Positions 1-12,987 of a stretch of 64,000 bases of DNA are shown in pieces. Source of the DNA: Eledone cirrhosa (Eukaryota); assembly GCA_964016885.1 (NCBI GenBank), contig OZ024740.1, positions 295,678,001-295,742,000 of the forward strand. Reading direction: 5' to 3'. Every line of letters starts with the position of its first letter. Positions within the stretch are counted from its first letter, which is position 1. Both the position numbers and the translations under genes were made by a program. The notes beneath the pieces were generated by a model. That model was not told the origin of the DNA and did no database searches. It worked only from the letters and a program-made list of their open reading frames with translations.

Positions 1-878
1 CTCTCCTATTGGGGATATTGATTGATTGTTGTTACCTGCTTTTTATTTTGGCGTTTTTTTTAAATGTAAAACCCTACTGCTCCTGTTCTGTTACAGTGTC
101 CGTTTTTTCGATCCTAGTCTCCAATAAAGAAACAAAGAATCATTAGCATTAGTATTATTAGTAGTAATGGTATTAGTTGATGTTATTGTTGTTGTTGTTG
201 TGGTTGTGGTGGTGGTTATGGAAATTTTGCTTTTGTGATAGTGGTTGTTATTTTTCGTGGGGGTGGTAACAATGGTGTACATTCTTTGCTAAACGAACAT
301 GTATTCTTTATGTCGCAGTTCAGAACGATGTAATCATTCTTACCATTCCGAACAGCCACTTCTCAGAAATAAAAGAGAGAGAAAAACTAAAAGACAAAAA
401 ATAATCAAAAACAAAAACAAGACAAAACAAACGAAAAAAACCAAGAAATTCCAAAGAGAAGTCAAACCAAAATAAACTAAACGTAAGAATCCTAGAATTT
501 CAAAGCTCAACAATAACAACAGAAGTGGGGGACTAGAACAGGAAAAAAAAACAATCAAAAGGAAAAAAGTAATAAGAAAAAGGAAACATTGTTGATACTC
601 AAAAGAATGTTCAAAGACAAAGACAAAATGACTTGAAACTAATCTAAAAAATAGTGGAAAAAAACATTGAAGAGTGAAACAAGAGTGAGGCAAAGGCAAT
701 ATTTATATAAGAACATATAAGAGATTGAATATAGTCGGGGATTAGAAATCTCCTTCTAAAACAAGGCGTTACTTTAAATATTTTCTTATTCCTGTTTGAT
801 ATTTATTTCACTAGCTGACATTTAAGTGGGGGAATACAAACCTTAACAGTAGGAGTCGCTTGAGGAATTATCTGTCCA

Positions 879-891
879 ACACACACAAACG

Positions 892-985
<94 letters not shown>

Positions 986-1098
986 AACACGCACACACGT
1001 ATGTAAATATACATGCGTTTATGAATGTACGTACTGTATATTGTGCACGTACACGTATGAAAGTATAACACATGCACACATACATGTATGTATACATT

Positions 1099-1130
<32 letters not shown>

Positions 1131-1160
1131 CGTGTATGTGTGTGTGTGTGCGTGTGTGTA
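879..1160. repeat. (CA)n / (TA)n / (TG)n microsatellite cluster
   Basis: Pure dinucleotide runs; they explain the CVCV/HTHT ORFs in the track. Confidence 0.95.
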
Positions 1161-2847
1161 GTGTCAAGATTTTCCGTAGACTGGATAAAGGAAAAATAGC
1201 GCTCTATGCTCTATACAAAGCTAAAGCATATTATAAATACATTCTCAACACAGTTGCATGCTACCTAAGGTTTCAAAGTCTATTCTAGCATAAGCCTTAA
1301 AGATCGTATATGTACTAGTGTTACTATAAGTGCTTATCTGTCACGAAGTACCAAGATGGCTGTTATTATTTAAAGGAAATCTCAAGTGAAAGGGAGGTAA
1401 TCATAATGTAATATAATTTTGTGTTTTTGTTATTCAAGGGGAGCAACTTCTCTGTCTGTTGATTATAATTGTAATTGTAATTGGTAAAGTATCTGTATTG
1501 TGTGTATGTGTTTTCTTATGTATAATTATATAGATTGTTCTAGTAAATGTTAAGGCTAACATAGGCAAAAAACGTGAAGAGTAGCATAGGCAAAGAACTC
1601 TTAAAACTGATAGGCAAACATTTCCCCCTTGAACATAATTATAAGAAAAGTTTCAATAGGCTGACGGTGAACATTAGCTACTCCTGCTGACCATCATGAT
1701 TTAAAAAAATAAAACATAAAATGAACCTGCAGATAATAAGCATTGTTTATTATCATAAAGAGATTGTGTAATGTGACAGCTGCAGCTTGAATATGTTGGC
1801 TTCCCCGATACTGGTATTTAGAGTGGGTAGTTGATTGGGTTTACGGGATATCAGTCAGAAATTGTGGATGATGTCTTAGATATAGTATAGACATTTAGTT
1901 TGTATTTGGCTTTATTTAAATGTGTGTATTAGTTACGAGTTGGCCTTCGATAATCTTATACACTGGGTGTTTTGTTTATTGTTGGCTTTGTTTTCGGAAT
2001 GTATTATTTACGTATTGGGACATTCAATGATTATTTTGCGTTTGTTCTATATGTATCTACATTCAGAATTGGGTGTTTGCTTATGTCTTTAGATTGCTCG
2101 GATTTATCGCTGTACTTCTAACTTTAGAAATTAAAATCCTTGTTTTTATAATGAATGTTTTGTTTTTGTTTACATTCGTCCGTATGTGTGCATATGCGTG
2201 CGATATCTTTTGCTTGGCGCCTTTGAAACAAATGGTTTTGAGAGAACAAAAGAAAAAAACTTTAATGATTCCATTTCAACCAGAATTGCTGAAAAAGTTC
2301 ACAAAACAAAAAAGGGCCCTTAGGATATTTATTCTGAATGATATCGAAAGTTAGGATTACATGATAGATTTACCACATTTACTTTAAACGTTACCCAACT
2401 TCTTTCCGACCACCAGCGTGGCGTGGAAGAAATCTTATACTGATATTGTTTATTTAAAGCTGACATTTTAAAACCACATGTCGTGAGTCTTCTAGAAACG
2501 GGTGAGTATGAAAGAGAGACATACAAAGGGAGAGGATGGAACTAAACATCAATTGTAAGCAAATGAAAATAAAAGAAATAAATAAACTATTAAATCAGTA
2601 TTATTTTTAAGGAATCGTTAAACTAGAAATAATATTTCCTGTAACTGCTTTGTTATCAAATCGAAAATTTCTGGTGATCCTAGAGATGGATGATCCTGGT
2701 TTTTCGTTTTCTACCAGAAGGGAAATAAAGTGGTTTTCCGTTACCTAGGTTAGGAACAAATCTAAGATTGCACCTATGTCTTCTTAAAACACTGTTAAGT
2801 GACTCATACAATATTTGGTGGTATTGTGTTATCATGAATGTACACCT

Positions 2848-3063
2848 AGTGACAGACTGGGACTAAAAATATTGGTTGCCAGGAGATGAAGGTCCCCCCC
2901 CCTACATATAGAATGCTATCATTTAATTTTTATAATAAATAAATAACATTTTCGAAAAATACATAAATGGAAACAAAACAGTGCAATCAAATTTTTGCGG
3001 AAAAATAACTTACCTTCACCAATAAAAAATATGTATTTTGTGAAAACCAGAGACTTTCAATAA
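2848..3063 (+). mobile_element. Interspersed repeat, probable DNA-transposon end (copy 1)
   Basis: About 200 bp clearly homologous to 4579-4774 (ctaaaaatattggttgccag...cctacatatagaatgctatcatttaattttt...gtgcaatcaaattttt). Confidence 0.6.
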
Positions 3064-3820
3064 TAACCAGAAGTCGACCCTAAATATTACTAATAGCTCT
3101 AGGAAAGCCATGAACGACACCACATCTTTTTAACTTTGATTTTGAAAGTATGTTTATTTTATCAATTTTTATTATACTCTTGTAGCTGCCTCGGTGGCCT
3201 ATTTGGAGGAATCTTAGACGATGGCGATCCTGGTCTGAAGTTCGTTCCTGGTCGGGAGTAGGGTTCCCACTAACCCTTTTCAGTTTTTTCTATTGGTTGT
3301 AAAATAAAAACTAAAAAAGATTACAAGTACCACTTAACCAGGATTGGACCAAAGGCCAGGATCACCACCGTCTCTAGTACCTACCGCTAGGCCACAGAGA
3401 CAAGTTCGAAAATATTATGAAAATTCATACTTATAAACCTACTTTTATAGACTACATTTTAACCTGTAATCCATCTTTCATTTCTGTTCAACCTCATTTC
3501 TCTCCCCCTTCCCCCTATCTCTCCCCCCCCTCTCTCTCTTTCTCTCTATGATATTTGAATCTACTATGATTTGGGCTTACCTTATTCCTATATATATGTT
3601 TTTGCATGTCAGGTTCAAACTTACAATGATTGGAATTATATATATATATATATATATATATTTAGAAACACACAGATACATGCGGACACACACATATATA
3701 CATGAATGCATCCGCACCCAACTGTGAGTTAAGGGTGCCAACTTCACCGATGTTGCTCAATGAATGACTGGGACAGACCAATTCAGTTTGAACTAGACTG
3801 AACCAGTATCAGAGTTAAAA

Positions 3821-4524
3821 ATACATTATGAAGAGAGAAGAAACATTTAGATATAATTAGTAATAAAATGTATCATACCTAAACTGTTCCTAAATTCCTC
3901 GACTACGTAGTTTCGTGGCATAAACAAAAACAATATATCAAAGATATAGAGTCCTTGCGAGGTCTGCCGACTTATCAAGAGGATACCTCATTTTACTAGT
4001 CTCAAGAACGCGTCTACACGACGTGAGAAAGAATCCCAAAAGGCGGAGGGGGAGATAGTCACGCGATATAACGGTCGAGAAACAGAGCTAAGCCTCAAAT
4101 ATATTAATAACTCCCTCTGGTCGAGCAATCTTTGAAGTGTGGGGACAACTGGAAAGCTTCCATTACTCATACTTCTCGCCTTCTTCACTACCTCTTCTGC
4201 GGCCTCGATATGAATACCCCCTCCGCCTCCGTGGTATTTTCTTCGTGGTTATAAGAGGCTTAGCTCTGTTTCTCGACCGTTATATCGCGTGACTATCTCC
4301 CCCTCCGCCTTTTGGGATTCTTTCTCACGTCGTGTAGACGCGTTCTTGAGACTAGTAAAATGAGGTATCCTCTTGATAAGTCGGCAGACCTCGCAAGGAC
4401 TCTATATCTTTGATATATTGTTTTTGTTTATGCCACGAAACTACGTAGTCGAGGAATTTAGGAACAGTTTAGGTATGATACATTTTATTACTAATTATAT
4501 CTAAATGTTTCTTCTCTCTTCATA

Positions 4525-4530
<6 letters not shown>
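3821..4530. mobile_element. Fold-back element, 276-bp arms (3821-4096 / 4255-4530), Penelope pLTR-like
   Basis: Arms are reverse complements around a 158-bp spacer; right end runs into (TA)n; each arm contains a hammerhead motif. Confidence 0.85.
4368..4455 (+). ncRNA. Minimal type-I hammerhead ribozyme, U3-A8 core variant
   Basis: tcctc-TTGATAA-gtcggca...tgccac-GAAA-ctacgtag-TC-gagga: 5-bp stem I, stem II with one bulge, palindromic stem III, GUC triplet. Confidence 0.7.
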
Positions 4531-4563
<33 letters not shown>

Positions 4564-4578
4564 CCGTATATATATATA

Positions 4579-4774
4579 CAGTGGCGGACTAAGTCTAAAA
4601 ATATTGGTTGCCAGATGAAGGGGCCCACCTACATATAGAATGCTATCATTTAATTTTTGTAATAAATAAATAACATTCTCATAAAATACATAAGTGGAAA
4701 CAAAACAGTGCAATCAAATTTTTCGGAAAAATATCTTACCTTCTCCAATAAAAAATATTATGTTATTTGCGAAA
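4579..4774 (+). mobile_element. Interspersed repeat, probable DNA-transposon end (copy 2)
   Basis: Starts cagtggcggact directly after a TA run; homologous to 2848-3063. Confidence 0.6.
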
Positions 4775-4776
4775 TA

Positions 4777-5132
4777 TCAATTTTTATAGTTCTGGTATCT
4801 CGAATTAGTACCATAGAACAACAATTATATTATAGACACCCTATATATCTCTATGGGTACTTAGTAAAAATATTATGTTATTTGCGAAACCCAGAGACTT
4901 TCAATAAAGACCTTTGGTCTTTCACACTCACTCAATATATATTTATATATATATATATATATATAAATATATATTGAGTGAGTGTGAAAGACCAAAGGTC
5001 TTTATTGAAAGTCTCTGGGTTTCGCAAATAACATAATATTTTTACTAAGTACCCATAGAGATATATAGGGTGTCTATAATATAATTGTTGTTCTATGGTA
5101 CTAATTCGAGATACCAGAACTATAAAAATTGA
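4777..5132. repeat. Near-perfect 356-bp palindrome centred on a (TA)n run
   Basis: tcaatttttatagttctggtatc...cactcaatatat / atatattgagtg...gataccagaactataaaaattga; mirrored ORFs 4708+ and 4932- give the same peptide. Confidence 0.95.
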
Positions 5133-5416
5133 TGAGCAGAACAAACAAACATTAAACAATCCTTTAAATAAATTAAAAAATGATTTAAATATCTACCTGT
5201 TCATAATGCTATTACCGGCGGTTTCCATCTACAAAAGATTAGAAATTCAGAGAATTTCCAACGGAAAGTAAATTTCATCAGATAGCTATTTCCTTTCTAT
5301 AGGACATACGTCCCACGGTCTGCAAATATAATGCCAACTACCAGCTCGTATGAGTTATGGCCGTTAAAGTGACCCACACGTGAACCGGGTATGTGTGCGT
5401 GTGTCTCTCTCTCTCT

Positions 5417-5456
<40 letters not shown>

Positions 5457-5544
5457 CACTTTCACCACTAATTGATTTGACAGATGTCTTTAACCCATTG
5501 ATACCAAATATTATTTGGTCAGTAGTTCGTGTGTAAGTATATAA

Positions 5545-5592
<48 letters not shown>

Positions 5593-6941
5593 CGCTTTTG
5601 TTTGGTGTTTATATATGTATGTTTGCATGCATGATATATGTGTTTAATTATGGGCATGTGTGTATATGTATGTGTATGAGCGTGTGTGTGAGCATGTTTA
5701 TGTGTAGTGTTTTTGTATGGATATATGTGCACGTGCGTATATGTATATGCTTGTGTAAGAGTATGCATATGTTTATGTATGAGCGCGTGTACTTGTTTCA
5801 ACGTGTGTGTATGTAATTTTTTGTATTGTTTCTATGAGTGTGTGTGTAAGTCTGTGTGTGAGTGTGTGTATTTTCACGTGTGTGTTATGTTTTTTTTTGT
5901 TTCATGTGTGTATGTGCAGGAGTGTGTACTTTTGTGTGTGTGTGTCTGTATGTGTGTGTGTGTGTATGTGTGTGTGTGTGTTTCTGTTTGGTAGAGTGAC
6001 ATAGAACGATTGAGATTTAGACAGAAATGTCGAGTGAGAAATTTCCAGAAACTGTTCTATTCGATGATAAAATGTTATCTATGTCATATAAAATACCATA
6101 AATAGTCCTGAATATAATTACTAAAAGTGTTGCCATCAGTTAGTAGCGAGAGAGTTTAGTACTAAAGTAGCCATGTAGTTAAAATTATAATTAACATTCA
6201 AGTATATTAGGATGCGATCCTATTACTTGTTACTTTAGACAAGTTTCCTCTACTATACCGTCGGGTCGATCCTAGTATTTTGAGTGAAATTGTGTAGACG
6301 GACACATTTTACCAGGTTTTTTTAAAGCGTAAACGTACAAGTACCCAGTTTAATAACACAACGAGGCTTTTAGCAGAATTTACCCTGTTGCCAGTATTCT
6401 GATATATGGCGCATTGTTTCTTACTGCAGCGATCCATGAGACTGGTTTTCTTTTACATCTCCTCCTTGACCAGATCATGGCTGTTCCTTTCTTCCTCTAA
6501 CAAAAAGTCACAGAAAGTTTTTCCTGAATCTCTTGGAGTCGCTTATGATACTATTATAAATTTGTTTTTAGTCATTCTTTCTCAGCCCATATCACCACCA
6601 TCATTATCACCACCACTAAACTATCATTCCGTTATCAGTACCAACATCATTTTACATAGTTGTTGTTAGCATCTCAACCATTGCGATATAATCTACCACA
6701 AGTAGCTTGCAATCACCCTCAACTATAACACCCATCTCTCTAAAATAGACCCATCATTGACTTGACACTATTTACACCAGTTCTGTATACAGTCGGGTTG
6801 CCGATGCATTCATGCGAGAAGATTTCTGTGTGTGAGCGAGAAAAGTGATAAATAGAGAGAAAGATAGAGAGACAGGAGCAAGAGAAACGAGATAGCAAGA
6901 GTCAGGGTGAGAGTGTTAATGCAAATAGAAATGATAGAGGA

Positions 6942-6988
<47 letters not shown>

Positions 6989-7445
6989 GGTGGGACGATG
7001 TAAGGAGAAGTATAGTTTAGCGAGTGATGTAGAAGGCTACGTTGTTCTCCAGCAACATAATTATGATGCCAATCGGCCGACGTTACATGACGGTAACATG
7101 ATGATGTGATTATCACAGCTATATGATGATTCTCCTGATTGTCGTTGAGCATTCAACCCTGCAGAGGGGGTGGCAATATATCAATCATTCCATATTTCAA
7201 ACAATACCTACAGTCAATTGTTCTCTTCTATTCTGTTATTTTTACCTCATCCCAAAGTTTTTATATACCAAATTCTATTCCCTCTTACTTTATTTCTTTT
7301 TACATTTAAAACATATTTGGGCAATTCTTATCACTTTAGCTCCCAACCCCATCTCTCTCAATTATAACCTATCTTATTTATCTATCTCGCCCATACAATA
7401 ATCTAATTGTGTTACTTACTCAAGGGCTACAAATTGTATATATAA

Positions 7446-7454
<9 letters not shown>

Positions 7455-7479
<25 letters not shown>

Positions 7480-7482
7480 ATA

Positions 7483-7564
<82 letters not shown>

Positions 7565-7621
7565 TATATACATATATATATATATACACAGATATATATG
7601 TATATATATATATATATATAC

Positions 7622-7666
<45 letters not shown>

Positions 7667-7683
7667 TATGTATACATACATAC

Positions 7684-7753
<70 letters not shown>

Positions 7754-7760
7754 TATATGC
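7455..7760. repeat. Long degenerate (TA)n microsatellite
   Basis: Direct inspection. Confidence 0.95.
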
Positions 7761-7763
7761 AAA

Positions 7764-7945
7764 ATGGTTTCTGATTTAGGCACAAGGCCAACAATTTTAG
7801 GGAAGGGGAAAGTCGATTACATCAACCCCAGAACATTACTGGTACTTTATTTTATCGACTCCGTAAGAATGAAAGGCAAAGCTAACCTCGGCGGGATTTG
7901 AACTCAGAACGTAAAGGGTCGTAATTCTATGCTGCTAAGCTTGGT
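7764..7945 (-). mobile_element. tRNA-derived SINE (abundant family in this window)
   Basis: Reverse complement of gagttcaaatcccgccgaggttagctttgcctttcat...gtcgataaaataaagtaccagt...ggccttgtgcc. Confidence 0.85.
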
Positions 7946-7959
7946 GTCTTGAAAAGCAT

Positions 7960-8610
7960 GCTCCAGCATCATTGAGAATATCAAATCGAAAAGAAGAGGA
8001 GATAAAATACATTCGTGTTTGGTGACATCAAAAAGTTCTGAGCAGTTACTATAAGAGTTAACAGATGCTTTTTTCCCTAACAGAAGGATATCACGATGTC
8101 AAGCATTTGTTTCGGTATGCCAGAGTTTTTAAGGAAGATCCACAAAACATCACAAGACACAGTATTAAATGTCTTGGGGTTTACAAATGTGACTAAGAAT
8201 TTTTTCCAATGTTCCATAGATTTCTCCTGTAGTTCTCTCAGACTAAACACCATATTAACAGTGCCTCGCCCCGATCTAAAACCACACTGTGATTGAGGTA
8301 GCACAGATTTTGCCAGAGAAGAGTTAAGCTGGTTCAGGATAACTCTTTGTGTCTTTCTTGAACTGACAAAAAAGAGATCTCTTCATAATTGCCGCATACA
8401 CATCTGTTACCCTTGTTTTTGTAAAGGTATACAATTGAGGCATCTTTAAACTGCTGTGGTACGGAGCCTCTCTCCCAAACACATTAAGAACTCAAAGAGA
8501 TTTGTCCCCAGAGTTTGACCCCCAAAACTTGTATACTTCAGCTGCTAGACTATCATCACCTGGAGTCTTGCCGTCGGACAGTTGTCTGATGGTAGTTGTA
8601 ATTTCTGAAA
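7960..8610 (-). pseudogene. Decayed RTE-clade LINE reverse transcriptase fragment
   Basis: LPQSQCGFRSGRGTVNMVFSLRELQEKSMEH resembles LPESQSGFRAGRGTTDMIFSARQLQEKC in the 45.5-47.6 kb RT; disrupted by stops and frameshifts. Confidence 0.85.
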
Positions 8611-8888
8611 ACCCAAAGTGAAAACAAGAACGAAAAGAGACATCATTGTATTGTATTATTAGTAGACGGGTTCACACGCTTTCAGTATACAAAAGCCATT
8701 TGAGATCTCATGCCAGGAAGGACCAGACATAAAGTGAAAGAAGTGGTCAAGATTTGTATGGAGCAGACGACCTTCATATTCAGTTTGTATATTCTTCTGG
8801 TTTTATAATTTCACAAATTTTTACCAATAGAGAGAGAGTCGCTTTCTAATATATATATATGTATGTATGTGTGTATGTATGTACGCAT

Positions 8889-9077
8889 GCTTCACGGCAC
8901 AGGCATTGCTTTATATCTGGAGATCTCTCTGCACTTGTCGTCACATGGTATCATGGGCCCAGCACTATGTGTCATTAATTGTCACAGTGTAGTGTTTGAA
9001 TCAGCGCATCGGTAGGGGTTCTCCTACATGGATATAAAGTAGTGGCCGTACTCGAAAACGAGTTGGCAGCCACCATG
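8889..9077 (+). mobile_element. Non-autonomous RTE derivative, subfamily 1 (3' part, internal deletion)
   Basis: Matches 9843-10075 and 42378-42610; ends ggccgtactcgaaaacgagttggcagccaccatg followed by (TATG)-type repeats. Confidence 0.85.
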
Positions 9078-9496
9078 TACGCATGTATGTGTGTGTGTAT
9101 GTATGTGTATGTGTGTATGTATGTAATATGTATATGTGTATGTCTATATGTATGCTTGCATGTATGTATGTATATATGTATGCATGAGTGTGTATGTATG
9201 TATGTATGTATGCATGCATGCATGCATGTATGTATGTATATATGTATGTATGTGTGTGTGTACATATGCATGTATGCATGTATATATGTATGTACGTGTG
9301 TGTGTGTGTATGCGTGTATATATGTGTGCGTATGTATGTGTGTGTATGTATGAACATATGTATGTACGTATGTATATATGAATGTGCCTACGTATGTGTG
9401 TATGTATGTATGTATGTATGTATGTATGTATGTATGTATGTGTGGTGTATGTGTGTATGTATCTGTGTGTGTGTATGTATGCGTGTATGTATGTTA

Positions 9497-10077
9497 GTAT
9501 CCCAGTACAACATGTCCCAAAGTCGGGTCGTTGGCGACTAAACTGGCAACCCTACCAAGGTTTCTTGGTGAGGAGGTCGACTTTGGACATCCTGCAGGAC
9601 TAAAAACAAAACCTGTCAAAGGGCAAAGGAGCTCTTAAGAGTCAATGGCCATCCAAAATCACCGGGAGAGATGACCCCCTTAGCCTTTGTCAAGGCAGAA
9701 TTCTAGGAGAAGGAAAACTCTGATATAACACCTGCAACCCTGATGGTATCCATTGATGTTGACTTGTTCTTCTCTTTGGTAAATATCATCTTAGTTAAGA
9801 GAGTGGGACTGGCTTTGTGCAGTGCCTTTGCTCACTATAAAAGCTTCACGGCACAGGCATTGCTTTATATCTGTAGATCTCTCTGCACTTGTCATCACAT
9901 GGTACCATGGGCCCAGCACTATGTGTCAATAATTGTCACAAGTGTAGTGTTTGTACCAGAGTTTTCAAGTCGCTGGCTGGACTAAGAAGTCACACTCGTT
10001 CAGCGCATCGGTAGGGGTTCTCCTACATGGATATAAAGTAGTGGCCGTACTCGAAAACGAGTTGGCAGCCACCATGT
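9497..10077 (+). mobile_element. Non-autonomous RTE derivative, subfamily 1
   Basis: Highly similar to 42033-42610; shares 5'UTR blocks, the last zinc finger and the 3' tail with the RTE at 43680-47990. Confidence 0.85.
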
Positions 10078-10285
10078 ATATACATATGTATATAAACACG
10101 AACACACAAATATATTATGTAGATCTGTCTGTATATCTTAATTAATTTTTTCGTAAATCATATTTATTTAATAAATTGTGTTTATATGTACAAGATGTCT
10201 ATTATAAATAACGCTAATCCTCCCTACTAAAGTTACACGTTTGTATCTATGAGAGATGACGGTATTTTCGTTCAATTTTTCATCA

Positions 10286-11090
10286 TAATTCTTTCTACGT
10301 TAGGCACAAGGCCAACAATAACCCAGTGTATTACTGGTACTTTATTTTATCGACCCCGTAAGGATTAAAGGCAAAGTTAACTTCGGCGGGATTTGAACTC
10401 AGAATGGCAAGGGCCGTAACTCTATACGTCAAAGCATGGCGTCCGACCCTCTACCGATACTGCCAGTACCAAATATACATTATTAAGAAGGGCGGTGGAT
10501 TGGCAGTATCGGTAGAGGGTCGGACGCCATGCTTTGAAGCATAGAGTTACCTCCCTTTATGATCTGAGTTCAAATCCCGCCGAGGTTAACTTTGCCTTTC
10601 ATCCTTACGGGGTCGATAAAATAAAGTACCAGTAATACACTGTTATAATTGCTGGCCTTGTGCCTAAAGGTAGAAAAAATTATTAAGAATGTTATGGGTA
10701 AATAAAGTTAAGTATGGGCACATCGCTGTAATAATTGTTTCTACTTTGGGCACAAGGCCAGCAAATAACCAGTGTATTACTGGTACTTTGTTTTATCAAC
10801 CCCGTAAGGATGAAAGGCAAAGTTAACCTCGGCGGGATTTGAACTCTTTGCTGCAAAGCATGACGTCCGACCCTCTAACGATACTGCCATTCCACATCGC
10901 TGTAATAATTGTTTCTACATTTTGGCACAAGGCCAGCAATTACCCAGTGTATTACTGGTACTTTATTTTATCGACCCCGAATAGATGAAAGGCAAAGTTA
11001 ACCTCAGCGGGATTTGAACTCAGAATGGCAAGGGCCGTAACTCTATACGTCAAAGCATGGCGTCCGACCCTCTACCGATACTACCAATCC
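10286..11090. mobile_element. Cluster of four tRNA-derived SINE copies (10286-10466 -, 10491-10685 +, 10731-10895 -, 10904-11090 -)
   Basis: A-box-like tggcagtatcggtag, B-box-like gagttcaaatcc, shared core gcctttcatccttacggggtcgataaaataaagtaccag, 3' end ggccttgtgcc...tagaaacaattatt. Confidence 0.9.
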
Positions 11091-11117
11091 TCGCTGTAAT
11101 AATGTCACTGTTTACCT

Positions 11118-11152
<35 letters not shown>

Positions 11153-11163
11153 TGTCTCTCTCG

Positions 11164-11221
<58 letters not shown>

Positions 11222-11409
11222 TCTCTCTATCTATCTATCTAACTATCTCTCTCTCACCCCGCCCCTCTCTCCCTTTTTCTGAGACTACCTTCGGTCATGG
11301 GATTTGCGCCTAGAAAGTTCCCCCTCTTAGGCACAAGTCCGGGCATAGTTGTTTATGGAAGACCAGCAATCTCCTCTTTCTATACCGACAATATGTGTGT
11401 GTATGCATA

Positions 11410-11490
<81 letters not shown>

Positions 11491-11646
11491 TCATGTGTGT
11501 GTATGTGTATGCATGTGTGTGTGTATATGTTGATCTATATCTATTTGCCTATATATCGAAACATCTCTTTATCATATATACATACACCGATGTAATAAAA
11601 CAAAGACGCTATCTGTATATAAGATTGTAAGTTCGTATATATATAT

Positions 11647-11725
<79 letters not shown>

Positions 11726-12283
11726 AGTTAAAAGTTTTTCTCAAGTCAGAAGGCTCGTTAGACGTTAGACCGGTGTTTATCCTGGTTTCTTGGCGTGAAG
11801 AAACAGAGAGTACAAGTTATTGTTGGTACTCAAAATAGGGAGACAAAATCAATGGAAAAATACACGGAAAGATGGACAGCACTTCTCCTCAGTCAACCTC
11901 TGGAAATCACTACGGTTTCGGCCCAATAAGGTTGATACCTTTGTCCCAGTGCACATTGGTACATAAAAAAACAGGTCGAGACAATTTATGCTTTTAGGCG
12001 AATTACACAAATCTAGATGAAATCGTATCCTAAATGTGTCAAGCCGCAAAGGAAGGAGAGAACGGTGCGCGAGTGCTTAGACAAAGGAGAAAGAAATGTA
12101 GAAAGGATAGAAATAGTAAAACAGAAAAGAATAATATGAACTACAGTCCCTGTGCAGACAAAGAATGACACTGAGTTGTAGAAAAGATAAGAAGGGAGAA
12201 TAGAGGAAGACAGACTGGGCGGCGTGATGTCTATTATGATAGTTTCAAAAACATTCAAATATCTATGTATCTACCTATGAATC

Positions 12284-12327
<44 letters not shown>

Positions 12328-12328
12328 C

Positions 12329-12360
<32 letters not shown>

Positions 12361-12368
<8 letters not shown>

Positions 12369-12887
12369 TGCAAACTCTGCTAAGATTACTGCAATCGCTT
12401 GTCAGATTATAAAGTTTGGTGCACTTTTAGGCTACGGCCAGCCACACAAACTTGTAACGGATCCTGAACAAGCAATGCCTGTGCTTTGAAGGTTTTTTAA
12501 GTGGGGAAAGGCCTTGCACTCGACCAATCCCACTCTCTGAGCATCTAAAACACTACCCGAAAAGGAGAAGTGGTCAACATCATCGGATGCTTCCAAAGCT
12601 GCAGGGTTTTTTTCAGAGTTTCCCTCTCTTATAAAGGTGTTGTGACAACAACTGGGGGCCTTTCACTCCCAGGTGAAAAATAAAAGGACTATTTTGATGG
12701 CCGTTGACTCTGCTGAGTTCCTCCGCCCTTTGCCGGGTCTTGTATTTCATCCCGCAGGGTGTCCTAATATCACCCTCCTCACCAAGCAAGCTTGGTGGGG
12801 TTGCCGGTTTAGTCACCGACGACCCGATCATGAGACAGTTTGTACTGGGTTACACGTTACCAGTAGTAATCGAGAACGACCTGACAT
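12361..12887 (-). mobile_element. Non-autonomous RTE derivative, subfamily 2
   Basis: Co-linear with 38749-39277; 5' part homologous to subfamily 1; ends gcagccatcat like the RTE tail. Confidence 0.85.
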
Positions 12888-12891
12888 AATA

Positions 12892-12943
<52 letters not shown>

Positions 12944-12987
12944 AATATGATGATAATAATGGAGCTGCGGCGTTGCAAATGGGATAC

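Noticed and set aside
1255-1305. Minus-strand GAAACCTTAGGTA hammerhead half; similar halves at about 11900-11920 and 31268-31295
   Set aside because: The core or stems are too degraded to support a call.
2073-2354. 93-aa ORF with a hydrophobic N-terminus
   Set aside because: Non-ATG start, AT-rich low-complexity composition, and no recognisable domain or splice structure.
6350-6560. Possible Tc1-like transposase remnant on the minus strand
   Set aside because: Only vague peptide resemblance with stops; not supportable.
10491-10585. tRNA gene
   Set aside because: A and B boxes are present but there is no cloverleaf; it is the head of a multi-copy SINE.
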